Source: Octopus bimaculoides (lineage: Eukaryota). Taken from it: a stretch of DNA of 64,000 bases. Shown here one piece after another: positions 39,116 to 51,773 of the stretch. The notes below the pieces were generated by a model. That model saw only the letters and a list, made by a program, of their open reading frames with translations, did no database searches and was not told the origin of the DNA. The stretch is taken from NCBI RefSeq assembly GCF_001194135.2, contig NC_068992.1, positions 15,390,805 to 15,454,804 on the forward strand, read 5' to 3'. Each line of letters begins with the position of its first letter. Position 1 is the first letter of the stretch. The position numbers and the translations under genes are program-made.

Positions 39116-40523
39116 TCTCAAGCTACTGCTATCTAGCACCTTCGGATGATCGCTACTCAACCGCTACACAACCGCCACTCAACACACCTACCACGGCCAG
39201 ACTACCTCTATTTATATGTCTTGGGAGATCCTACTTCTTCGCCTGGGGGCGTCGACACAACACCTTTGATCCTTTTTTCCCTATCTTAGCGAGGCTTTGT
39301 CAGTGCCATAGATCAGAGTACATGACCGTTACTGCAGTTCGTAGAAACTACTAATCTAAAAGGCTAAGTGGACTTCTGCGACATCTCTCCTCAGAACGTA
39401 AAGAGCCTGAAGAGATCCTATATCTGAGTTGTGTCCCACCCCCAAACACACCCGCTAAACCCATAGCAATTATTGTCAAATTAATATCATTTGTAACCAT
39501 AAAAAAGTCTTATCGTAATAAAATATGTGCTCAGATCTAAAGAACACATGTTTATCAAAGACCAACTTTTCTGTTGGAACAGAGACCCAGTAACATCAAT
39601 GAAATGATTTGAGAATTCTACATGGAATCTCACAGAGCATTAAATTCAATACAGTTTTTACAATTATGCAGCCTTGACTGTCAACTATAGTTTTGGTCAA
39701 TTTTTTTACGTTTCTATTTTTGTATTTCTTTTTGCATTTTTGCTGCTGTCTTGTCATAATTGGTTGGTGTTGATGTTTCTATTTTCTGTCTTTATTTGTG
39801 TTCGTTTATTCTTTCGTGTTCTTTTTTTTAATCAATGCAGGCTACTTTGGGAAATTTTTTTTCCATCGTTATTTCTGTCTGCTGTGAAGTTTACTTTTTC
39901 ACCAATCATTTCCTCTTGGTTAATCACTAATACGTGTCTGCTCGTCAGTAACGAAACAGAAAAACAAGACAGCCGACATTTATATTTAAAAATAAAAAAA
40001 AGAAATGTATTCAACGAGGTGATGTTTAGTAATGAAATATATATTTTTTTTTATTTCGTCTCACTAACATATTATAAAAGATTGATTTGTGATTGGATTA
40101 AACTACATCCAAAAGTCTCTTGTCTCGCCATTTGCTCTTCTACGATATAAACCATGTTTTACTCTCGTCATCTCTCTCTCTCTCACACACACACACATCT
40201 ATTTTATTCAAGTTTCTAAAAAAAAGCTATAATTTGAAGAATACAAACACATGCATACACATACACATATTTATATACATATTTGTGTGTGTATGTGTGT
40301 GTGTAAAGCGAGACAGTGCCCACACACGTTAAAATCTGTATATATATATATATATATATAAATATATATATATATACGTATATACACCTACATATATATA
40401 TGTGTGTATGCATGTATGTGTCTGTACACAGACATACATATATAATTGACAGACAGATAGATTTAGAAACGGGCGTGAAATTACACATGTTTCAAAATTT
40501 TGTAGCTTCGTGCTTTCATTCAG

Positions 40524-40588
40524 GTGATGGCAATGAATATTTATTGGTGGCGCGAGGAGAAAAATGTCCTCTCCTGCGACTTTATCTA
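40524..40588 (+). other. Candidate internal coding exon (65 bp)
   Basis: gtgctttcattcag|G...CTA|gtaagg. Open frames GDGNEYLLVARGEKCPLLRLYL or VMAMNIYWWREEKNVLSCDFI. Confidence 0.3.
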
Positions 40589-40934
40589 GTAAGGGTTGGC
40601 AATATATACAAATGTTAGGATGGCCCTGGCGTGGAGAGCTCAAAATATCTCTATGTTTCACTGTTTAGTCACGTATAAAAGGGCAGCTACAACTTTATTC
40701 GCGGGGTCTCTAAGCGGACTGTGATATCTTGAAATTAAAGTTCTGCTCCGAATGCTTAAAAGTGATCGAAACAACACCAACTAATCGTATGACATATGAT
40801 GGCTGATTAAATCAACCCACCCTTAACAAACGCGGAAAGCAAGACAAAGAATCAATAAAAATACAGCAAAATGTAATGCCATTTTGCATCCCTGGGCTGG
40901 TATTTAATTTCATTGACCTCAAAGTGACGAAAGC

Positions 40935-41665
40935 TAAAAACAACTTATAGAAGAAGACACCACAAAAGAAACTAGAGAAATAAGCCATAAGAAGACTACA
41001 AATAGATACTACCACAAAGTACGACATGATACTACAGGAAGTTATTGCCAGCACATATTCATTCCACCTTTTGGCACAAGGTCAGTAATTTCATGGGAGG
41101 AAGTAAGAGGATTACATCGACCCTAGTGTTCAACTGATGCTTATTTTATCGACCTCGAAAGGAGGAAAGGCACACTTGACCTCCGGTGGCATTTAAACTC
41201 AGAATGTAAAGACGGACGAAATGTTGCTAAGCTTTTTCCCGGCGCGCTAACGATTCTCCAACATGACGCCTTGTACATAATACATGAAAACTACAAGCGG
41301 ACACTATAAGAATAAAATACAAGGATACACTACAAGAAAAATGCTAAAGGATGACACAATATTATTCCAAGAAGACATTTAGAAGACATTACAAAATTAC
41401 ACTACGGGAAGATTTCTAGCAGACTGTGCAAAAATGCACTGCAAGATATTACAGGAAAAGAGTACAAGATTACTCAAGGAAAACAGAAGCAAGAATACAC
41501 TTACAAGAATATACAAGATATTTCAGGATGTCTACAAGAAATTAAGAAGATACGTTGCGAAAAGAATATAGAATTACACTTCTACAATATACTACGATAA
41601 ACTCTACAAGAAAACGAGAAGACAATACATCAAGACGCTCAATGAATATATCATACAATAACATT
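40935..41665. repeat. Degenerate minisatellite (ACTACAAGAA-like), interrupted by a SINE
   Basis: Recurrent TACAAGA, CTACAAG and GAAGACA motifs on both sides of 41066-41273. Confidence 0.7.
41066..41273 (-). mobile_element. Group A SINE inserted in a degenerate minisatellite
   Basis: TTTTGGCACAAGGTCAG...TTATTTTATCGACC...ACTCAGAATGTAAAGACGGACGAAATG...CTAACGATTCT. Confidence 0.85.
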
Positions 41666-41934
41666 CGAAGAACAGACCGTCACCATAATAATGCATTGCA
41701 ATAAAAGGTGTTTCTCATGAGTATATGTATTAAGACATAGTGAACGGTCCTCTCCAAAACGCAAAACAGAATCCAGCAATTATCCATACATACAACTGTT
41801 CTGGTTCTCTTCATGTCGGCCGATGTTGACACAAGAAGCGACACAGATCGATGGAGCTTGACACAAGAATCATTGCGGTTGATACTTTCAGCGTTCAAAT
41901 TTCTAGTAGATACACTCCAAAGTGTACCCTTCCA

Positions 41935-42110
41935 TACTCCAAATCCTCCTCCAATAATTCTCCCGGGATTGGTGTTTTATTTATCGAATCTAGAGGGCTG
42001 AATGGTAACGGTAACTCCGAAGAAAATAGAACTCAGATCACAAAGAAACTCAAGAAATAACGCAAAGCATTTTGTTTTACGCTCTAACAAACCTGGCAAT
42101 TCGTCACCTT
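41935..42110 (-). mobile_element. Degenerate group A-related SINE
   Basis: TTTATTTATCGAATC...GAACTCAGA...AAGCATTTTG..TTACGCTCTAAC...GGCAATTCGTCACC. Confidence 0.55.
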
Positions 42111-42298
42111 GCTAAATACATACAAACAAGCATACACCCACGCATAGAGAGAGAGAGAGAAGCGCATACAAACACAAACACCATATATATATATTATATG
42201 TATATATATAAATTGTGTCTATACGATTTTAGCTTGCAGCCACTAACATTCATATCTCTCGTGAGTATTAATGTTCTTTTATATATTCATTTGCTTAA

Positions 42299-42331
<33 letters not shown>

Positions 42332-42834
42332 CAGACATACATACTATCTATATATATATATATATATACTATATATACATATTAGAATAATACGCCAGCG
42401 GAATACGGAATATCGAAGCCTCTAGTAATGTCCCAACGATCACAAATTTCATAATATTCACTCACATAACACAGCGATTACTGCCACAAAGATTACTGAA
42501 TTACCAGCCATTACCTATGGTTTACATAGCTGAACGTATAAGAGTTTAAGATAGCTTAAACAAACAAATAATCAAACGAACAAGTAAACACACAAAAGAG
42601 AAATATAAAGTTAAATTCCAGCTCTGCTGCTTAAAATAACGACGTATGTTAGTCTCTATAGCCTTTGTTTATCACAAGCTTTTAGCTATGTGCGGCAATA
42701 TGGCGACTGAACACTGACGTCAATCTCTTAGGAGGAAATCGATATACATACTTATACAGATATACGCTTACAGATACATACATGTTCGCATATATATATA
42801 TATATATATGTATATATGTGTGTGTATACACACA

Positions 42835-42880
<46 letters not shown>

Positions 42881-43432
42881 CATATATATATGTATATATA
42901 AAGTATATATAAACACATAAGGAATATATAAATATATATATATATATACAAATATATATATATATGTATACATATATTTATATATATAAAGTATATATAA
43001 ACACATAAGGAATATATAAATATATATATATACAAATATATATATATACAAATATATATATATATGTATGTATAGGTATAAACATGCATATATATAAACA
43101 CATACACACACATATACGTACATACATATACATACACACTAATACATATCCACAAACACGTTTATATAAGTGCCTGAACCAGAGGAGGACAATATCGATT
43201 CTTCCTGTAAATAGATTCATGAAGGTAGGATAAGGAGCAAAGGACAAATTCGTCTTCATCCGTAACCACCAAAAATATATCACCACCAATCGCAACACAA
43301 TTCATTTCAGCCAAGATTCGAAACAGGATCAGCAGCTTTGCAGATCAGTTGATATTTGTTCTCATTAACAGAATGTAATGAAAGGTGATTTCTTACCTGT
43401 ACCTTACTTCACCAATCCAACAATCTAATATT

Positions 43433-43643
43433 GTGTTTAAAATTCTGACACAATGTTAGCAAATTTGAAGGAGTGGGTAAGTCAATTAGGTCGACCCGAG
43501 TACGCACCTGGTACTTAATTTATCTCGACAGGATGAAAGGCAAAGTCGACCTCGGCGGAATTAGAACTCACTATGTAAAGACGAAAGAAATGTCGCTAAG
43601 CATTTCGATCGACATACTAAAAATTCTGCCAGCTCGCTGCCTT
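43433..43643 (-). mobile_element. Group A SINE, copy 1 of tandem triplet
   Basis: GATGAAAGGCAAAGTCGACCTCGGCGGAATT...CTGCCAGCTCGCTGCC. Confidence 0.9.
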
Positions 43644-43661
43644 ATCCGACAATCTAATATT

Positions 43662-43883
43662 CTAATATTGATTTCAAATTTCAGCACAAGGCCAACAAGT
43701 TCAGAAGAGGGGGCAAGTCGATTACATTGACCCCAGTGTTCAACTGGTACTTAATTTATCGACTCCGAAAAGATGAAATGAAAAGACGATCTCGGCAGAA
43801 TTTGAACTTGGAACGAAAAGACGGACGGAATGCCACTAAGCCTTTTTCCCGGCGAGCAAACGATTTTGCCAGCCCGCCAGCTT
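43662..43883 (-). mobile_element. Group A SINE, copy 2 of tandem triplet
   Basis: GCACAAGGCCA...CCCCAGTGTTCAACTGGTACTTAATTTATCGAC...GCCAGCCCGCC. Confidence 0.9.
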
Positions 43884-43954
43884 ATCCTACAATCTAATAT
43901 TAAATAATATTAACATGATTATATGCAAAGATTTCAAAGCAGCAGTATATGCTT

Positions 43955-44201
43955 TTTGGTTTAGGCACAAGGCCATCAACATTGAGAGGAATGAGTTAGT
44001 CTATCCTATCGCCCTACTACATCATAAACAGGGACTTTATATAATCGACCCAGAAATGATGAAAAGCCATGTTGATCTCAGTGGGATTTGAATTCAGAAC
44101 GGAGAGTGTCGGTAAAAATACTGCAATTTTTATTTTTTTTTTTTTACCGGCGTTCTAGCGATTCTACCTGCATGCCGCCTTAAAATATACCGGCATATGA
44201 C
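43955..44201 (-). mobile_element. Group A SINE, older copy 3 of tandem triplet
   Basis: GGCACAAGGCCA...ATCGACCCAGAAATGATGAAAAG...GGATTTGAATTCAGAACG...GCGATTCTACCTGCATGCCGCC. Confidence 0.75.
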
Positions 44202-45340
44202 TTAAGTTTTGACCTAGAACGAACGAACGGCAAAATTATCTCTATTAAAGTGAAGTTACAATTCATCACGGAGAAGCAATTAACGAGGAACCATAATACA
44301 TTTAGTTCGTCGCTGTACTATGCTTGCAACTCCGCAGTCTTTTAAACTTTATATCGAAAACATTTTGAACTCGAATGGTGGATGCAGTTCCCATTTCTAT
44401 CTGTAAATTACTAATGACGGAATATGAGAAGAATAGCTTCTGTGTTTTGTAGAATATTAATATATATTGAGATTGTAAAGATTCATTTAATGTCCATTTG
44501 GAACGTTTTATATTTTGGATTTATTGACACAATGCAGAAAATATTATATAACCTAGTATATATTACACATTAATTTGTTATATTGTTTCTTGCGTTCAAC
44601 TAAAGATCGGTGAAAGATACACTTCAGAGATTTTGAGACTGTAAACGCCAGATTTTAAACAAGGATTTTCGTACGTGTTATGCTGCGAGTGTTTTACAAG
44701 CATGAACGTTAGGAGTAAATAATATTTTTATTTACAGTAGATATATAAATCCTGAGTTATAATTTTACTTCGGAATAATATATCGTGAAACAAGCTGCCT
44801 AGAAACGTTTAGAGTGTGGCCTGATAACAGCGTAATATAAATACATAGGAACCGGAGTATTTTATCTTCTCCATTCTACCATTATTCCCTGTTTATGTGT
44901 AAATTTATTTTATATGCTATTTCGTAATGGTGATGCTGCTGTTTAACAAGTCAACACATGCACGCCAACGCCGTGCAATATAGAAATACGAGAACGATTC
45001 ACTATTTTCTGTATATTGCTTATGTTTATACAAATATCGCAACTTGTGAGAAATATAAACACTACAAATCGTATCTCTGTAAATTACCATCATGATGATT
45101 CTAAAAGAAAGCAATAAAAGATGATTCGGAATGCTTTAAGACGCAATGGTGAAAGCTCAGATTTCACCATTTCCAATGAATATAAATCCAAATTAATTTA
45201 TTCTATTATTTTGGAAAACCACTCGCGTAAGAATATCAATGTATATAAATATAAATGTACATATACATATATATATATACTTTTATATATACGTATATGT
45301 ACACAATATATTTGTGCATATATACACATACATATATACA

Positions 45341-45381
<41 letters not shown>

Positions 45382-45579
45382 TGTAGCAAACTCAAAGAAG
45401 AAAATGCTTTTGGATCTGCATCATGGACAAAAGAAAGAAAATGGATACCTGTTTATATCAAAATATGCTACTTGTTTCAAACGTTTAATACGATAGTTTA
45501 GTCACGCTGCAGGAGAAGGAAAACAAATTGAAATAAATTAATCCGTGATATTACCCTTGAATATTCACATCTCTATAAA

Positions 45580-45611
<32 letters not shown>

Positions 45612-46261
45612 NNNNNNNNNNNNNNNNNNNNNNNNNNNNNNNNNNNNNNNNNNNNNNNNNNNNNNNNNNNNNNNNNNNNNNNNNNNNNNNNNNNNNNNNN
45701 NNNNNNNNNNNNNNNNNNNNNNNNNNNNNNNNNNNNNNNNNNNNNNNNNNNNNNNNNNNNNNNNNNNNNNNNNNNNNNNNNNNNNNNNNNNNNNNNNNNN
45801 NNNNNNNNNNNNNNNNNNNNNNNNNNNNNNNNNNNNNNNNNNNNNNNNNNNNNNNNNNNNNNNNNNNNNNNNNNNNNNNNNNNNNNNNNNNNNNNNNNNN
45901 NNNNNNNNNNNNNNNNNNNNNNNNNNNNNNNNNNNNNNNNNNNNNNNNNNNNNNNNNNNNNNNNNNNNNNNNNNNNNNNNNNNNNNNNNNNNNNNNNNNN
46001 NNNNNNNNNNNNNNTATATATATATATATTCTTTCTTTTATTCTGCCTGTTCTTTCAATCACTGGGCAGTAGCCATACTAGTGCATCGTATTACGAGATG
46101 TCGTATATCAAATGAACCCAAGTACTTACATTATAAGTCACTTATTGTATCTACCCTTTCGCTGAACTGTTAAGTTACGGATACACAAACGCAAGAATGT
46201 TGTAAATCAATAGCATTGTCCCTAGTACTGAGCTAGTATTATATTCTGTGGAACCCAAACG

Positions 46262-46587
46262 GTTGAAAGACAACGTTGGCCTTGGCGGGATTTGAACTTA
46301 GAACATTTTTTTCTGTTGCGATCTAACGATTCTGCTGATCGGCTGCTCTAATGTTAAAAGGGTATTATCTGATTATATTATTTTCTACTCGAGGCACAAG
46401 GCCGAAAATTCTGTGGAGGGGGCAGCCGATTAGATCGATACCAGTAAGTAAGTGGTACTTAATTTATCGACCCCGAAAGGATAAAAGGCAAAGTCGACCT
46501 CGACGGAATTTGAACTCAGAACGTAAAGAGTGACGAAATACCGCTAAGTATTTCGCCCGTTGTGCTAACGTTTCTGCCAGCTCGCCA
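46262..46587 (-). mobile_element. Group A SINE (46383-46587) preceded by an internally deleted head fragment (46262-46350)
   Basis: GGCAAAGTCGACCTCGACGGAATTTGAACTCAGAACGTAAAG...CTGCCAGCTCGCC; the fragment reads GGCGGGATTTGAACTTAGAAC...CTAACGATTCTGC. Confidence 0.88.
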
Positions 46588-47150
46588 AATTTGATTTTAT
46601 TTGTATTAAAACTGCAATACAAAGAATTTTAAACACTGTGCTTTAGATTCATTCCGTATACCTTTCTTAAAAAAATGAGGGGAAAAAGACATTTGAGAGA
46701 GAATGTAATCTATGCTAGAGAATAGAACTTTATTATAAACATTTTCATTTTGACTGTTTTACTATCATTAGCATCTATTCATAGAATAAATATAAACCAA
46801 TGTATTTTCACTGAACAGTTCACTGGATTATTTGCCAGATTTCATCAAGCAATATACCTTCACTAAATAAGAATTTCCTAATACACTCCAGTATTTACAT
46901 TTCTATTCTAAACGATTCTTTTTATTATTATTATTATTATTATCATTATTATTTATGGACGCAGGTTCGTGCATCACATAACTAGCTAGTTGCAATCGCC
47001 TCTCGGAGCCAATCAACGGCAGCATCCGTGCTATTTCTATGGACTCATTCATCCTATTTCTATGGACTGCCACGTTAGTTTGGCAATAAATATTATTATC
47101 ATCATCATCATTATTATTATTATCATTATTATTATCATCATTATTATTAT

Positions 47151-47412
47151 AAAAAACTCTCGGACAGTTCTTAATTACCGGTTATTCTTTACTTGAAAGC
47201 AGCCAATAACAAATCACCAAAGGTGTCAAGTAGTGCCTTCTCCTGTGACGCAAAGAGACGATACTCTCCTTAGAATGCGAGCTGCACCCAACAATGCTGT
47301 CTTCCGGTTCACTTCGAGCCTTAAGCTCCAATATTCTTAATATGTTTTTCAAAGCTCTTGGAAACTGCTCCCAATGCTCCAGTTACCACCGGTATCACCA
47401 TTACTTTCCTTT
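47151..47412 (-). mobile_element. Short 3' stub of a second Dong/R4-type element
   Basis: Minus strand encodes KVMVIPVVTGALGAVSKSFEKHIKNIG, a frameshift, then RLEVNRKTALLGAARILRRV. This is homologous to the C-terminus at 48935-49100 but has a different 3' UTR. (AAT)n-type runs lie on both sides. Confidence 0.85.
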
Positions 47413-47462
47413 TATTATTATTATTATTATTGTTATTATTACTACTACTACTGTTATTATTA

Positions 47463-48028
47463 CCATTGAGTGAGAGAGCAGTGCATGCAATCAAAGTAAC
47501 ATTGGGGTACAAATATACGAAGCCCATTATACCCATCATGACTACTCGTCTGATAAGGGTACACCAGGCACAGGCATCACAAACATATGTGCGCGACATG
47601 GTGATTCTATATCAAGATAAACAGCGCATGATCTTGCATGTGGGACCCAGTCAGAATTTTCTTCAGGTCGAGTAGCCCATCCCACTCAAATAGTCCTTGA
47701 ATAAGGGTTATTTAAAGATGTTGAACGAAACACCCTATGTTTCCAGAGGTGAATTATGTTCCCAGAGGTGAGTACTCTAAAGAATTCCTCTCAACACATG
47801 GCTATGATGCTCCCCAACTACTTCTGTTCGTGATCAGAGATGCACATATCGTAAGCCACCAAAGGACATGCTCAACTGGTTAAGGTCAAACAACTGACAA
47901 GCAAATCTGTGGTATTGAGCAGAATATTTGCTGTAGCCCATCTTTTATACTAGGACAAAACAATATACATAACACTTCCAATCAGTTAACATCAGAAGTC
48001 ATGAGAGCCACTGCATCAGGGCATTATT
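47463..48028. repeat. ~560 bp unclassified element bounded by (AAT)n-type runs
   Basis: Complex, GC-richer block with sharp boundaries against ATT/ATC repeats and no credible ORF. Resembles an abundant octopus repeat as I recall it; not searched. Confidence 0.45.
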
Positions 48029-48343
48029 ATTTCCGCGACATCATCGTAATCATCATCATTATCAACATCGTCATCCCTGTTCTTACAGATGTTTTTTTTT
48101 TTTTGTCATCATTGTTGGATCGTACATTCATTCATATTTTTCCCATCCGTATATAAATGATGTGTAGATATCTGTTTGTGTATGTGTTTAAATATATCAT
48201 GCATCAATGAACGTATACATACATACCTACGTACGTACATACATACATACATACATTCATACATATGTATACGTTCATTGATGTATATATATGTATGTGT
48301 GTGTGTGTGTGTATGAGTGTATACGTTCATTGACGTATACTAT

Positions 48344-48391
<48 letters not shown>

Positions 48392-48699
48392 AAGTTACAG
48401 CATGATGTTTCTTTTCTTTGGTTTCTTATAAATGCTCATCTGTAATAATTTTCTTTGTGTTCCTAACCTCCATTTATACCACGAGGAGAAGTATAACGAT
48501 GATGATGATGACGACAAAAACAAGAACAGCAGCAATAACAATATAATAGTCTCTGTGTTTATTCCTATGTATAGTCGTACATAGGAATAAGCTTTTATAT
48601 CAACAATACGATGTTTTATCTTCGTATTACATCGATGCTTGATACGTATGTGTGACTTTTTCTTTTTCTCTATGAAAATTGATAAAAATTATCATTTTC

Positions 48700-48858
48700 A
48701 CCACCATCATCATCATCATCATCATTATTACTATTATCATTATTATCATCATCATCATCATTTTTATTATCATTATTATTATCATCATCAACATTATTAC
48801 TATCATTATTATTATCATCATCATCATTATTATCATTATTATTATTATTATTATTATT
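48700..48858. repeat. (ATC/ATT)n tract at the 3' end of the Dong/R4 element
   Basis: Direct reading. Confidence 0.95.
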
Positions 48859-50982
48859 GCCTTTGCACAGCTTCTGACCCTGGAGATGTACTACGGTATC
48901 AGCTGTTCACTATCAGTGAACTAAGGTAACAGCCTTATTTTTCGAGCACCTTCCGGAGTATTCGAGCGGTTCTAAGCAGTGCTGTTGTCTGCAAGTGCTC
49001 CACGTTTATTGCAGCCTCTATTTGTTCCATGTACGCCTCAAAATTTTTATTCACTGTTCCCAGGGCTCCGACAATTATTGGTACTACTACCACCTTTTTC
49101 AGCGACCACAACTGCTTAACCTCCCAAGCTAACCTGTCATATCTAACGACTTTTCTTTTTTCCTTATCGCATACCTTGTTGTCAGCTGGGCATGCTATAT
49201 CTATCATCCAGCATAGTTTGCTTTTTTTTCTCAATTAACACTATGTCTGGCTTCCTATTCTCTATCTCATGGTCGCACTGAATCATAAAATTCCACAGGA
49301 TCTTTTCATGATCATTTTCGACAATGCCATCAGGTTTGTGGTCGTACCAAATTATTGCTCTCTCAAGTCCATATTTGTTGCAAAGTGTCCAATGGACAAG
49401 CCTTGCTATATTGTCGTGGCGTCTCTTATATTCCTTTTGGGCTAGTAGCGTATATTGACTGGCAATATGCCATACTGTTTCACCATTTTGTCCGCAAATT
49501 CTGCACTTATCACTTTCTGATGTGTTGTCTATTCTGTATTTTATGTAATTTGTTCTTAGTGCTTGCTCTTGGGCAGCACAGATTATAGCCTCTGTTTCCG
49601 GTTATAAATTAATTTTAGTCATCCACGGACATCTTTTTTCTCTGTCTATCTTATCTTCAGCATCCCTATGAAATTGTCCTTGCATTCTTTTCTTTACCCA
49701 CCTATTTTCAGTTTCATTCGTTTTCAATTCCTTGTCCAGTGCTTTATCTTTGCAATCTTCCATCCTACACAAACCTGTCCTTCTCACTTCTAGTAATAGC
49801 AGTTCTGTGACATTTTGTCCATACCATGCTATGTTGTTTTCTTCTGTTCTAACGCTGTGTTCGCATCCAATAAGTCCTCTTCCCTCCTCTTTTTCTTGGC
49901 ACATACAGTCTCTCTGTGCCACGTTTTGGATGGAGTGGCTCACATCTAGTTAGCAACTTCCTTGTCTTTCTGTCTAAGCTTCTTAGTTTGTCTACTGTCC
50001 ATGCGATTACTCCTGCTCCATATCTAAGGAATGAAACCGTTCAGGTGTTGATAACTTCAATCTTATTCTGTCCGTTTAATTTCTATTTCAGGTTTAGTCT
50101 CAGTCTGCGTAAGTACTCCACCTTAAATTTTTCTGTCATTTCTTTCTGCATCAATTTATCCATTTCCAAAGTCCCCAAGTACTTATAGCCATCTCTTCTA
50201 TCTGCTTCATAACCTCCCCCCGACGGTATCGTTAGTCCGTCCATACATTTGATTTTGTCTCTCTTCAATACTAACACACCACACTTTCTCAGCCCGAACT
50301 CCATTCTGATATCAACACTGAAAGTATACACCGTATCAATGAGGGAACTAACTTGGAATTCAACTTTACCATAAAGTTTGAGGTCATCCATGAATAACAA
50401 ATGGTTGACATTTTGTTGGCGGCTTTTGAATACATACCCAGCTTTTGCTTTCCTCAGAATCAGTGATAGTGGTATCAAGCACAGTACAAAGATCGGTGGG
50501 GACAGGCAGTCTTCTTGAAAGATGCCCCTCCTAATTTTAACTGTCCCTAAACTTCTTCCGTGTGTTGTTAGGTTCCTTCTCCAATTCGCCGTACTCTTTC
50601 CAAGCAATCGCTCAACTTTCGATGCAATACCAAATAGGTTGAAACATTCCATAAGTCAAGAATATAGGATCATATCGTACGCCTTAGTTATGTTTCCTCC
50701 TCTTGCAGTCTCTAAGTACAGTTTTGTCTATCAGGAGTCGGTCCTTGGTACCTCTCCACTTACGCTTACAGCCATTCTGTTCATGTGGCAGGACTTCATT
50801 TTTTTTTCTAGATGTTCGTACATTGACTGTGCGAGTATCCCAGTCAATAATTTCCACATAAGTGTCAAACAGGATACCGGCCTGTAATTGGCTATCGTAT
50901 TACCCTTTTCCATGTTTTTCAAGCACAGCAGTCCTACCCAATGTCAACCACTCTGGTGTTACTTGGTCGGCATTTAACAAAG
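48859..50982 (-). mobile_element. Decayed, 5'-truncated Dong/R4-clade non-LTR retrotransposon (RT + zinc knuckle + restriction-like endonuclease)
   Basis: Minus-strand fragments: [18 protein letters not shown], then IRRGIFQEDCLSP and NHLLFMDDLKLY (RT core), then DKCRICGQNGETVWHIAS and KRRHD (zinc knuckle), then RKPDIV, IDIACPAD and VPIIVGALG...RILRKVL (REL). Multiple frameshifts and stops. The 3' UTR ends in an (AAT)n run. Confidence 0.93.
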
Positions 50983-50983
50983 T

Positions 50984-51045
50984 GTTGATCGTATCAACTG
51001 AAACCCTCGTCGTCGCAACCGCCGGAGTGCCAGTATGTATGTATG
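50984..51045 (+). mobile_element. Isolated ~50 bp tail A of the group C SINE (or of its partner LINE) with (GTAT)n tail
   Basis: GTTGATCGTATCAACTGAAACCCTCGTCGTCGCAACCGCCGGAGTGCCA aligns to 11557-11605. Confidence 0.85.
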
Positions 51046-51733
51046 ATCCCTTCTAGCTTATGTTTGACATATTTTAGTCATCATTGTCTGCTTCGACTTG
51101 AAGAACTGCTATCAATTGTGCCGTTTTTGCTCCTACCAATTTTACATCATTTATTCTTGCTTGCTTTGATCCTGCTTCAGACGTCAATATTATTTAAATA
51201 GACTTCACACCTTCACTTTACACCTCAATAAATAGATAAGGTGCAGAAAGATAGAGAGAGAGGTGAGAGATGGAGAAAGAGATAGAAGCAGAGAGAGAGA
51301 GGGGGGGGAGATGGAAGTTATGAAGGCGTGAGATCATTTGTCGCCGTATCAAATCACTTTGGGAATTTTTGGTATCTTTTTATGGATATTACATTACTGA
51401 GATGTTTGATAATTTGCATTTCAAACTTTTCATGTCCACACACACACACACACACACACAGATTCACAAACACACAAATTTACAAACATATATATATATC
51501 TACTTACACAAATACATAGCTTAATATGTGAGCAGATTTATGTATGTACATACGAATTTATATGTATATATATTCATATATATGTGTTTGTATATATATA
51601 TATATATGTGTGTGTCTGTGTTCGTATACTTTTATATATGTATATTTGTAAAGGTGTTTATATATACATATATATATATGTATAATTATATATATATCTG
51701 TTTATTTGTAAGTGTGTATATATATATATATGC

Positions 51734-51773
<40 letters not shown>

